From Blastocystis sp. Blastoise (taxonomy: Eukaryota; Protista; Bigyra: Opalinata), in NCBI GenBank assembly GCA_039096225.1, contig JBBPEB010000012.1, positions 124,001 to 188,000 on the forward strand: a DNA stretch of 64,000 nucleotides, read 5' to 3'. Positions 51,312-64,000 of this stretch are shown here, one piece after another; the first letter of the stretch is position 1, and every line of letters starts with the position of its first letter. The notes below the pieces were generated by a model. The model worked only from the letters and a program-made list of their open reading frames with translations. It had not been told where the DNA came from and made no database searches. Made by a program: the position numbers and the translations under genes.

Positions 51312-52693
51312 ATGTCTACTACTTCTGAAAAGCAATTACTCTTTTCTATCATCAAATTCCTTGAAGATTTATCTTTAAAGAACTCGGATAACACTGAGTC
51401 TATGAATGTTTGTATCCAATGCTTACAAGATCAATTCAATATCGATGTTCATGATCCTGAACAAGTTCGTCAACTTGGTGTTTGTCCTAGCTTATTAGAA
51501 CTCTTTACGAAAGTATATGCTTTTTAATATTAAATAGTCATACTTTTACTTACATATATAGAATTATCCTGCTCAAGAAAGTGCTAATCCTGAACTTGCT
51601 GGTATTTTTACATATCTAAAAAATCTTCTAATTATTATAAAATGAATAACACTTTTTATAACTATTTTCTAAATCTCTAAAACGTTTTTTAGCTTTTTTT
51701 AAATATTTAATTTTTTTTATAGTTATTTCTAACATTTGATATAATCTATAGAACTTGAATCGGATTCTCGTTTCCAACAATTCATTAATAATCTATTAAA
51801 TAAAGGATACTTTAAAGGAACTGATATTCACGATTTTATTAACAAAGAAAGATTAGAAAAGGCTATATTGAAATTCAAAGAGAAATATGGTAATACTACT
51901 ACTTCTCCTGTTTCTATACCTACTCAAAATGAAGAAAAAACTGTTGTATATATATATATGTTCATATTATTATAAATAATTATATGATTTCATATTGAGT
52001 CATTATTATATTTTATGTTTTTTTAAAAAAGAAAATAAATTTATATATGATTATTTATATATAGACTGAAGAAGAAGAAAATCAAGCTGAATCTCTTAAA
52101 GAACAAGGTAAATATATTATATATATATATATTAACATAATATATATATAGGTAATAATTGTTTAGTTCAAAAAGATTATGATGCTGCTATTAACTGTTA
52201 TTCTCGTGCTATTTATATAAATCCCCGTGGGGAAAAGTCTCATATTTATTATGGTAATAGAGCTGCTGCTTATATGTATTTAAAACAATATGATAGTGCT
52301 ATTGAAGGTATATATATATATACATTATTATATGGTTTATATACTTTAAAAAAATGTTTTTTAATTAGTATATAATATGTATATAATAAATAAATGATAT
52401 ATTAATATATATTATGAATAGATTGTAAGACTTCTATTGAGCTTTGTCCCTCTTATATACGTGCATATACTCGTTTAGCTACTATATATATAACAAATAA
52501 AGATACTTCAAAAGCAAGAGAAATGTAAATATATATAGTTTTTATTTCTTATTAATAATAGTCTATATATTATTATGGTGATAACTATATTCTATGTATT
52601 CTCTATATATAGTATTTCAAAAGGACTTGAAATTGATCCTAATAACAAAGGTCTTCTTGACGGTCTTCAAACAATCAATAATCAAGTATAGAG

Positions 52694-52733
<40 letters not shown>

Positions 52734-53700
52734 AATATTTTGTGACTTCGATATATATTCTTTTTTAATTAATATTATATGATTTCAATATGTGTATATA
52801 ATCTATCTTTCTATCAATATATATATTATTTCTGTATAGTCTTCTTCATCTGATACTAATCCTTCTTCTAATGCTTCTTCAAATGCTTCTTCAGGACTTG
52901 ATTTCTCCAATATTGCAGGCATGCTTAGAGACCCTAATGTACAACAAGTATATATATATATTATTATTATTATTTCTTTATTTTTTATTATCTTTTTTTA
53001 TGTTAAATAAAAGTTTATTTTCTATTTTATATATATTTTTAATTTTTCCTTTTCTATTATATAATACCATTTAAAGAATATGTAATATATAAAATGTTTT
53101 TTTAAATATGTTTTATATAAAATCTTCAAGGAATTGCCTCCTCTTTATTTGGTGGGAACTCTTCTTCAAATCCCTCTTCGAATCCCTCTTCAGAAAATAC
53201 ATCTACGAATAGCACTAATAATACTCCTAATAATAACATGAATACTCCTAATAATAACCCTAATAACACAAATAGTAACCCTCTTGGAGGTCTTTCAGGT
53301 CTTCTGAATAATCCTGAAGTCATGAATATGTATATATATATTTATATATAGTATCAAATATTTATTTATAAATATTAACAACATATATATATAACAAATA
53401 TTCACAATATATATATTAACAAATATATATTTATAAATATTAAAAATATATATAATTCTATAAGAATAAAATGAGTATACTATTAATCTACTATATATAT
53501 AGGGCTCAGAATTTAATGAGAGATCCTCAAGCTATGAATAATCTTATGGGAACATTCGGATCTCTCTTTGGAAGTAGAGGAGGCAATAGTAATAATAATA
53601 ATAATAGTATATCTATATATTATCTTATACTATATTTTGTTGTTTTATTTTCAATTAAAAATAACAAAACTGATTTTTATTATATATAGGTAATAATTAA
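51312..53700 (+). CDS. SGTA: SGTA/Sgt2 co-chaperone (dimerisation domain, TPR, STI1-like C-terminus)
   Basis: SIIKFLEDL..ESMNVCIQCLQDQF; AESLKEQ|GNN..KDYDAAINCYSRAI..IYYGNRAAAY..YDSAIE|DCKTSIELCPSYIRAYTRLA; GLLNNPEVMNM|AQNLMRDP. About 10 GT-AG introns. Confidence 0.9.
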
Positions 53701-54107
53701 ATTTTAATAAAGGAATACTATATATCTATTGGCTGTCTCTATTTGATATTATCATAAATATTTTTAAAAGCAATCATTATATTGTTTCATTTGCATTTAT
53801 ATCTATATATTTTTTTTATATACTGATTGACAACATATTTTAAATGAATGCATTGATATATACTTTTTCTTGTTTGGTATTTACTAAAGTAGTGAAACAT
53901 ATTACTTATAAAACACAGAAAAAATAATAACAAAAAACAAATAAAAAGAACGCAGCAAGTCGATTCATTACTCTATTTAAAAAAAATGCTATAAGTAATA
54001 TGACTTTATAATGACAGTTATTAAAACTGATATAAAAACATATAGCAGAAGAAATAAAATAGAAGATAAATATATATATATATATAATTAAGTGTTTATA
54101 TATATAT

Positions 54108-54718
54108 TTATAATGTTTGACCATATTTATTTTGATAATAAAGTCGAACAGTAAAAGCTAATATTGAACAACATATTTGTATAAATAATAATATAAATGT
54201 TAATTTACGCTCGGTACAGGGTCCAATATAATATAAAACTAAGTTTATTAAAGTATGATTAATATATTTTGGTGGATGATATTCAGTAGCATTCAGTTTT
54301 TTTTCAGATTTATCAGATTTAGTATCATCTTCTTTATATATAGAAGGAATCAGCTTTTTCATTTTTGCATCATATCTATAATTATATATATAATAATAAT
54401 TATTATAATATTAATATTAATATATATATATATATACCTGGGTAAACGATGTCTAGGACAGGGAATCGAAAATGGTAAAAATGAAAGAAGCTATATATAT
54501 TTATATAGATAATATGTAATATAAAACATAAAATATAAAACATAAAATATATAATATATATATATAATATATACTTGAGGAAGTGAATAGATAAAGTTAA
54601 TCACTTGAGGAAGGAAGAAAAGAAGAAGAGATTTTGAAAAATGACCAAATATGCCAACCTTTATAGAGAAGAATTATATATAAAATAAATAATAAATATA
54701 ATAAATATATAGAATAAA

Positions 54719-54754
<36 letters not shown>

Positions 54755-55330
54755 ACTGCAAAAGTGACTCCAGCTGTATATGTATAAACATCTCCCACGA
54801 AACATTTGGCGGGATAAGAATTATATGCAAATAATGCGAGAGATAATGCTAAAAATGGGAGTAAAATAACCGCGGAAAAGAGATGATTTTGTACATAAGC
54901 TATTTAAATACATATATAGAATGTAACTAAAATTATATTAGATATAAACTGAATTATAATTATATTAACAATATATAATAAATATAATGTAATAGACTAT
55001 AAATGAATAAAAAAAACATACGACTTTCTCCTCCTATATATATTTCATAGAGATTCATAAGAAGTATAGAAGCAGCAATAATGATACTCTTTATATATAT
55101 ATAATAGTTATCATATTAATAGTTATATATATATATAAAGAGTTCTTACTTGTCCTACTTCTAATCCGTTGATTCCAGCGTAAATATTGATAGCATTAGT
55201 ACAGAAAATAGATAACATTAATATATAAATATAGTAACAATAACCTATTAGAAATATCGAAAAATTAAAAACAGTAAAAAAATGAAATAGATGTTATAAA
55301 CAATTATGTAATAATAATAATAATAATAAT

Positions 55331-55380
<50 letters not shown>

Positions 55381-55560
55381 TTAAATCAATATAAGTGCCA
55401 AAGGGTTCTCCATCGACAGTAAAAAAGAAAGAGACAAATTTTCCAAGGAGAGAAACAGAAGTAGAAGAAGATCCTAATAAATGACCTAAAAACCTATAGG
55501 TATATATTATATATTATTTATACATATATAACTATACAATCAAAGATAAAAAAAAATACA

Positions 55561-55639
<79 letters not shown>

Positions 55640-56278
55640 ATATACTCTGGAAGAACAATAATAGTAGATCCATGTTGAAATATATATCCTTGTACGAGAG
55701 GTAAACATGCTAAAGCAGGTAAAACTAGTTTATATCTCCAACGTAATTCAATTACATCATCTACAAATCCAAGTAATACCATAAAACATATAGATAAACA
55801 TGCAGAAGAAAATGTAGCAATCTAAAAAGAAAAATAAAAAAATTATTCTAAATAATAATGTACATCTTCTTGGGTTTTACCATAAATAATTTGCATAATG
55901 ATTATAATCAAAACAAGAACAGTACCAACGACAACACCTAATGATTCAGGACTATTTACAAAAAAAACATAATTTATAAGGAATAGATAACAAAATACAC
56001 ATGAACATCTTCTCGATCAGTACCTTTTTTACAGAGGTCTTTACCCCATAAGCCACTCTTTTCTGTCATAGGCATAAAAACTGGAATTAGTTGATAAGTA
56101 ACTAAACCACCATAACAAGAAAGAATAAGCGATATCAATATTCTGTACAAACTCTTCAAATATATATAATATAGATATTTCTAGATAAAGAAGATACTTC
56201 ATCAAAATATAATTGACTAACTAGTACCAAAACAGGTATCATTATAAGAATTGACAGAATGAGTGCATCTTGTTTCAT
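54108..56278 (-). CDS. DPAGT1: UDP-GlcNAc:dolichyl-phosphate GlcNAc-1-phosphate transferase (ALG7)
   Basis: Multi-exon. Motifs [59 protein letters not shown] and [16 protein letters not shown]. Confidence 0.93.
55561..55641. repeat. (TAAA)~20 microsatellite in a DPAGT1 intron
   Basis: Perfect tetranucleotide run. Confidence 0.9.
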
Positions 56279-57587
56279 TTTTATAAATGAATATCACGTA
56301 TAAGAAAAGAAAAGTAAGAAATAATGAAAAAACAAAATTAAAGTCCTTAACGGAAGTAGAACTTAACCCTATCAAGAAAGTCATATTCAAAGAATTTTTT
56401 TTCTTTGCATTCAATGGAATATAATTTTAAAATTCTTTAAATATATATATGTAAATACTTCCAGTATATAGAGTCATTATGGGAAGATTTAATAGAAGTA
56501 AAATAAGATAGTTTCTTGGTAAATGAGTAGTTCATTTGAATCAAAAGCTATTATGATGCTTCTAGAAACTATTGGAAGATGCTATAGAAGATATATGAAC
56601 TTGATTATTATCTAATTAATGTGTTCAGTGATTGATATTACACATTTCTATGTCAAATAAGCGATTTTATATTTCAGAAAGTATTTACATAATTGTCATC
56701 AATGAGAAAAATATATGATTATTTCAGAAAATGTATTTAAATTTTCTGAAATCATTTTTTTTAAGTATTTTTCTACTAATTTTATTTTTTTTTTATATTG
56801 CAGATATCTTCTAGTTTCAATAGAAACTTTATGTATCTCATGTAAGCAAAATCTTAAAAAATGGATGGTAAACAGAATTTATACTTTTTTAAATTTACAT
56901 ATATATAGTTCTTTTAATATCATTTTTTTATATGGTATTACTAGTATAAACTCAACTAATTAGCATGAACTTAATTTCTTCATAAAGAATTTTTATTTTA
57001 AATGCTTTATAAATCCAAATTGTTTATAGTTCATAAATATCATAGTATTCTAAAGTTAAAAAACAAAACAGAAAAATGAACGAGGACGATAAAAAAAGCT
57101 TAGATAAATTGAAAACGATATATATAATTAAGTTAAAAGTAAAATTAAATTAAGAAAAAGAAATATATGATTTTTCTTTTGAAAAGATTTTTAGAAATTA
57201 AAAGAAAAATATATTAAAATTATCGATAAAATAAATTAACGCGAGCTCATAAAAGAAGAATGCTTAAATGATACACAAGGAGAGCTCTTTAAAGGGTAAA
57301 AAGAAATTTTTAAAATTATAAACAATTAAAAGAAAATAAGATGTATATATATAGAAATATATATTAAATAAAATTTTTTACACGAAATGAAAAATAATTT
57401 GGTAAAATATATATATAAAAATAAAATATACTGTGTGCATATAAAAATATAATTTACACAACAAAAAGAAATATAAAAAGAAATATATATAAAAAAATTT
57501 ATAAAATATATAAAATATTAAAAAAAAAAATTAAAATATATAAAATTATAAAAAATAATTATAAATATGTATTAAGTAAAAAAAAAA

Positions 57588-60500
57588 TTAAAGTGAACGA
57601 AGTCTTCGTTTATTAGCATTAACAATATGAATAGAATTAGGTTCAAGAGAAATAGTAGTATCACTATAGATTATTCCTTTGTTTTTAATAAAGAATGATT
57701 TGAGTGGATCTTCTAAAGAAGATAATATATCAACAGTAGTATCAGTATAAGAAGTAGGAACAGAAGCACGAATAGTAAAAGAAGTCTTAACATCTAAATT
57801 ATCATTATTATATTCATGGAAATTATAAACATCCATAGAATAATAGAGTTGTTTTGTAGTTTGAAGAATATATCTCTTAAGAAGAATCTTGATTTCACAA
57901 GTAAATTCTTGCATAAATATATCAGAAGCAGAATAAGTAATATCAATATAAGTAAGATCACTTCCAAAAGGAGGATTAATAGGTTTACATTGATGTTGAC
58001 GTCTAGTATTATAAGAATCATAATGACGTTGTAAACATCTTTCACTTATTATACCCGTATAACCAGAAGGACAAGATTCATAATGATATTCAGTAAGAGA
58101 TACACTTGATAAATCATCATATTCACATATATCATTAAGAGACTTAGAGTCAATAATGCTGGGAACAGAAATATAAATATAATTATGGAAAAGATAAGGA
58201 TTAGTAGAATGTAAATTATCAATAATAGAATTAACAGAAACAGGAATATATTTTTCTAATGTTGTTAAACTAATATAATTTGATTCAAAACGGAAATGAA
58301 GTGTCACAGTAAATATACCCTATAGATATATATTATAGATTTTTATTATTAAATTATATAAAGTTATATTGAATAAATAAAAAATAATTAAATAAATAAT
58401 ATATACATTTTCAAAAGTATAACTATAAGCATAATCACGAATAGATCCTAATTTATAAGCAAAAGAACGAATTACACTTTGAGAAATAAGGAATTCAGCA
58501 TCACTATCATAATCATATATAGCAAGATTATTAAATATATAATTAACATCAATAAGTGAATGACCAGCTTGAATATTTTTATCAACTATAAAAAGAAAAT
58601 ATTAATATTATAAAGTAAATAAATAATAATAAAATAAATAATAATAAAAAAAAAAACAATAAATAATAAAAAATATACCTAATCCAGAATAATCAGTTTG
58701 TTCAAATTGTGGACCATTAATAGTAGAAATACAATTCTTAGTAATATAACCTATATTAATATCATTATTAATATATAAAGAAGCTCTATATCCAACAAGT
58801 GTTTCAGGCCATATTCCATCTTCATCTATTATACTAGAACAACTAGTCTTCTTTATACATTCAGATTCATATACATATTCATCAGATTTACATTCTGTAC
58901 ACATTGTATTACCATTTAATAATTTATTTGTATAACCATTTATACATAATTGACATATCTTAGATCCAGATGTAGACCAATATTGACCATAACAACCTGT
59001 CATAGTTTCTATAGATCCATCAGGACATATCATACCAGAAGGACAAGTATCACATACTTTTGTTCCATCATCAGGATTTATATATACAGGATATTGACCA
59101 GAATTACATTCAGTACAATTATTTTCTATTGTTTCATCCCATTCACCACTTATAGAACAGGATAACCATATACCACCTTCATAACAATGCATTCCTGATT
59201 TATGACCAGCTGGTGTTTCGGGTATACTAAATTCTAATTCATGATAATTCACTATCTTTGAAGGACAATATATTTGTTTACATGTATTTATTATAGGAGA
59301 CCATAATTTATCAGATAAACAATTACGAATTATACTACCAGAATAACCATCTTCACATTTTAAGGATACTGATCCACCTACACTTGTATCAGGGAATATA
59401 TAACCATTCTCTTCTATAGAATTACAATAAGTAGAACTACTTACTATTGATATTATTATATCTATACTACCACCTTCATTTCTTAAAGTAATTGTATAAG
59501 ATGATAAAGGAATAATAACAGTAGGAGTACCACTTATCATACCTGTATGAATATCAAAAATAAGATTCGAAGGTAAAGAAGGAGTTATAGAAAATTCAAC
59601 ATTTAATCCTTTATAAGTAGGAATAAGTGGAGTCATAGGTGTATTAATAGGAATAGAAATTTGATTTTGAGGATAAGAAACATCATAAGGAGCACGTAAT
59701 TCACATGAATCTTCTATAATAGATCCCCATGTAGCAGGATATACATTATTACATATACGATGAGAATTACCTATATAATACATAGGATCATTACAATTTA
59801 TAATACTTTCTTCTCCAGCAATAGTTTTAGGCCACATACCATCACTTTCACAATATAATTCATTTATAGTTATGGATATAGTAAATGAATCATTATAAGG
59901 TTCAGATAAAGATATAGTATATATAGTAGTATCAAGTATAGTAGTAGAAGAACCAGAAATAATAGCAGTATGAGTATCAAATGAAAGTCCATTAGGTAAT
60001 AAAGGACTAATAGTAAATGATTGAATAGGTTTAGAACAAGGAATATCATATATAGGCATAGATTCTAATCTACTTATACTAAATATATTTTGAGAAGGAA
60101 TACAAGATACAGTTGGTATATAACAATGATTTTCTACAGATTCCCATATACCTTCTGAATTACATTTTCTCATATAAACACCTTCATAAGGAGTAGAACA
60201 GGAAATACTCATACTTGTATTAATATCAATAGAATTCCATTCTAAATTATAAACAGAATCAATATCAGTCATACATTGCTTTATAGAACATGTATTAATA
60301 GTATTAGACCATGTACCATCTAAATTACATTTCTTTGTTATACTACCTTCTAATCCTTCATCACATGATTTAGTTGATGTTGTATTTGTAGGAGTAATAT
60401 CCCATATAACATCATCTTCAATTATACTATTACATGTATTTCTAGTACATGTATTAGTAATTTCACTCCAATAACTATTATCATTATCAATACATTCACG

Positions 60501-63500
60501 AGATATTAAACCACTATATAATTCACTTTCAGGACAAGATAATTCTATCTTTGTACCAGCAACACTTTCTTCATATTTACCATCTTCAGTAGCATCACAT
60601 ATCTTATTAAGAATTGTAATAGCAATAATTACACTACCAGATTTATCTTCATTAATAGCAGTAATAGTATATTCAGTAATAGAAGAATAAATTAAAGGAA
60701 TACCACTAATAGAACCATTTTCATTATTAAATATTAATCCAGATGGTAATTCAGGACTAATACTATAAGATGATACATAATTTTCTATTATAGGCATTAT
60801 ATTTACATTAGATGTCTTTCTATACCAAATATAACTACTTTCATCATAATTAATTATAGGAATCTTATATTTACATGTATTTTCTTCATCTTCCCATGTA
60901 GCAGGATATATATTATTACATACTCTAGTAATACTACCTTCTTTAAAAGAATCACATTCATGTGTAGATGTTGTACCACCAATAGCAAAATTCCAATCAC
61001 CATCAACATTACAATATAATTCATTTATTATTACATTCATTTCATAACCACCAATTAATGGACTATTTACACTTATTATAAATTTAGTAGATGGTATTAA
61101 TGTTGTTGTAGGAATACCAGATATTATACCAGTTTCACTATTAAATACTAATCCAGATGGTAATTCTGAATTAATAGAATAAGATTCTATTATTTCACTA
61201 TTACAACTAATACTATATTCAGGAACAGGTTGTAATCTAACTATATTAATTTCTGTTATACTAGGTATACAAACAACATTAGTAGATGTACAATGATCAA
61301 TTGGTTCAGACCATGTCTTATCTAAATTACAGAATCTTTCATAAGTACCAATAAATCCATCACCACATGAAATTGAAATTGATGTATTAGTAGGAATTGA
61401 TTCATAAGTCTTACCATCATAAATATTTTCAGGACATTTCATTCTTATACAACTATCAGTTTCTGTACTCCAATAACTATTATCATTATCTATACATTCA
61501 CGAGTAATACTACCTTCATATAATTCATTATTTTCACATGGAATACTAAATGAATTACCACTACTAGTTTCTTCATAACCATCTTCTGTAGCATCACATA
61601 TCTTATTAAGAATTGTTATTGATATTATTGTACTATTAGATTTATCTTCATTATAAGCAGTAATTGTATAATTATTTAATGATTTATATATTAAAGGAAT
61701 ACCACTTATAATACCATTCTCATTATTAAATATTAATCCAGATGGTAATGTAGGATTTATAACCCATTCTGTTACTATATTCTCTATATTTGGTATTATA
61801 TTTACATTTGATGTCTTTCTATACCAAATATAATTTATTTCATTATAACTAATTATAGGAGATTTATAAACACATGTATTAATTATTGATTCAGACCAAC
61901 TAGCAGGATATTCATTATTACATAATCTTGTTATACTACCTTCTTTAAGAGAATCACATTCATGTGTAGCAATTGTACCAGCAACAGTTTCAGACCATTC
62001 ACCATCAACATTACAATATAATTCATTTATAGTTATTGATAAAGATATACTACCAATATAACCAACAGGTTGAATAGTATATATTTGTTTAGACATTATA
62101 GAACTATAATATCCAGATATAATACCAGTTTCAGAATTAAATGATAATGTTTCAATATCAGAAATAATAGGATTAATAGTAAATGTAGTAATAGGTTTAT
62201 TACAAGTAATAGTATAAGTAGGAATAGGTTGTAATCTTACAATAGTAATTTCTGATATATCTATAGTACAATCAATAGAAGGTAATCCACAAGTATTAAT
62301 AGTATTAGACCATGTACCATCTAAATTACATTTCTTTGTTATACTACCTTCTAATCCTTCATCACATGATTTAGTTGATGTTGTATTTGTAGGAGTAATA
62401 TCCCATATAACATCATCTTCAGTTATACTATTACATGTATTTCTAGTACATGTATTAATAATTTCACTCCAATAACTATTATCATTATCTATACATTCAC
62501 GAGATATTAAACCATTATATAATTCATTTTCAGGACATAATAATTCTATCTTTGTACCAGCAACACTTTCTTCATATTTACCATCTTCACTAGCATCACA
62601 TATCTTATTAAGAATTGTTATTGATATTATTACATTATTAGATTTATCTTCATTATAAGCAGTAATTGTATATTCAGTAATAGTAGAATAAATTAAAGGA
62701 ATACCACTAATAGAACCATTTTCATTATTAAATATTAATCCAGATGGTAATTCAGGACTAATACTATAAGATGATACATAATTTTCTATTATAGGCATTA
62801 TATTTACATTAGATGTCTTTCTATACCAAATATAACTACTTTCATCATAATTAATTATAGGAATCTTATATTTACATGTATTTTCTTCATCTTCCCATGT
62901 AGCAGGATATATATTATTACATACTCTAGTAATACTACCTTCTTTAAAAGAATCACATTCATGTGTAGATGTTGTACCACCAATAGCAAAATTCCAATCA
63001 CCATCAACATTACAATATAATTCATTTATTATTACATTCATTTCATAACCACCAATTAATGGACTATTTACACTTATTATAAATTTAGTAGATGGTATTA
63101 ATGTTGTTGTAGGAATACCAGATATTATACCAGTTTCACTATTAAATACTAATCCAGATGGTAATTCTGAATTAATAGAATAAGATTCTATTATTTCACT
63201 ATTACAACTAATACTATATTCAGGAACAGGTTGTAATCTAACTATATTAATTTCTGTTATACTAGGTATACAAACAACATTAGTAGATGTACAATGATCA
63301 ATTGGTTCAGACCATGTCTTATCTAAATTACAGAATCTTTCATAAGTACCAATAAATCCATCACCACATGAAATTGAAATTGATGTATTAGTAGGAATTG
63401 ATTCATAAGTCTTACCATCATAAATATTTTCAGGACATTTCATTCTTATACAACTATCAGTTTCTGTACTCCAATAACTATTATCATTATCTATACATTC

Positions 63501-64000
63501 ACGAGTAATACTACCTTCATATAATTCATTATTTTCACATGGAATACTAAATGAATTACCACTACTAGTTTCTTCATAACCATCTTCTGTAGCATCACAT
63601 ATCTTATTAAGAATTGTTATTGATATTATTGTACTATTAGATTTATCTTCATTATAAGCAGTAATTGTATAATTATTTAATGATTTATATATTAAAGGAA
63701 TACCACTTATAATACCATTCTCATTATTAAATATTAATCCAGATGGTAATGTAGGATTTATAACCCATTCTGTTACTATATTCTCTATATTTGGTATTAT
63801 ATTTACATTTGATGTCTTTCTATACCAAATATAATTTATTTCATTATAACTAATTATAGGAGATTTATAAACACATGTATTAATTATTGATTCAGACCAA
63901 CTAGCAGGATATTCATTATTACATAATCTTGTTATACTACCTTCTTTAAGAGAATCACATTCATGTGTAGCAATTGTACCAGCAACAGTTTCAGACCATT
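57588..64000 (-). CDS. Second giant Ig/Cys-repeat protein (5'-partial), near-identical paralog of the 3' part of the gene at <1..18901
   Basis: Exons >64000..58679, 58585..58407 and 58319..57588, with the same intron positions and the same C-terminus ANKRRLRSL*. It has at least one extra 2001-bp repeat unit. Confidence 0.9.

Overview
Very AT-rich, intron-containing eukaryotic DNA with GT-AG introns and (AT)n runs. The gene families (giant Ig/Cys-repeat proteins, BTB-like+TLDc protein) suggest a Blastocystis-like stramenopile; this is inference. Two near-identical giant extracellular-type genes face each other tail to tail at the window edges (<1..18901 + and 57588..>64000 -). Between them lie host genes: REEP/Yop1, a TLDc protein, UPF0390, a 41-aa membrane peptide, a PH protein, SGTA and DPAGT1/ALG7. 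The main hidden structure is a 21-kb transposon nest directly upstream of the TLDc start codon. It consists of two related CACTA (EnSpm/CMC) elements in opposite orientation, 77 bp apart, each with perfect short TIRs and its own 3-bp TSD. Element A (24474-32340, TSD ATT) has no recognisable transposase. It carries a captured, decayed, intron-rich host gene (USP9X/24/34-like), arrays of apparently non-coding micro-exons, and a nested Mutator-type element with 213-bp TIRs and a 9-bp TSD. Element B (32418-45454, TSD AGT) carries a spliced but probably frameshifted EnSpm transposase, a divergent orphan ORF and 5 kb of purine-skewed cargo that may include a fossil Penelope-like RT. All family assignments come from motif recognition by eye, not database searches.
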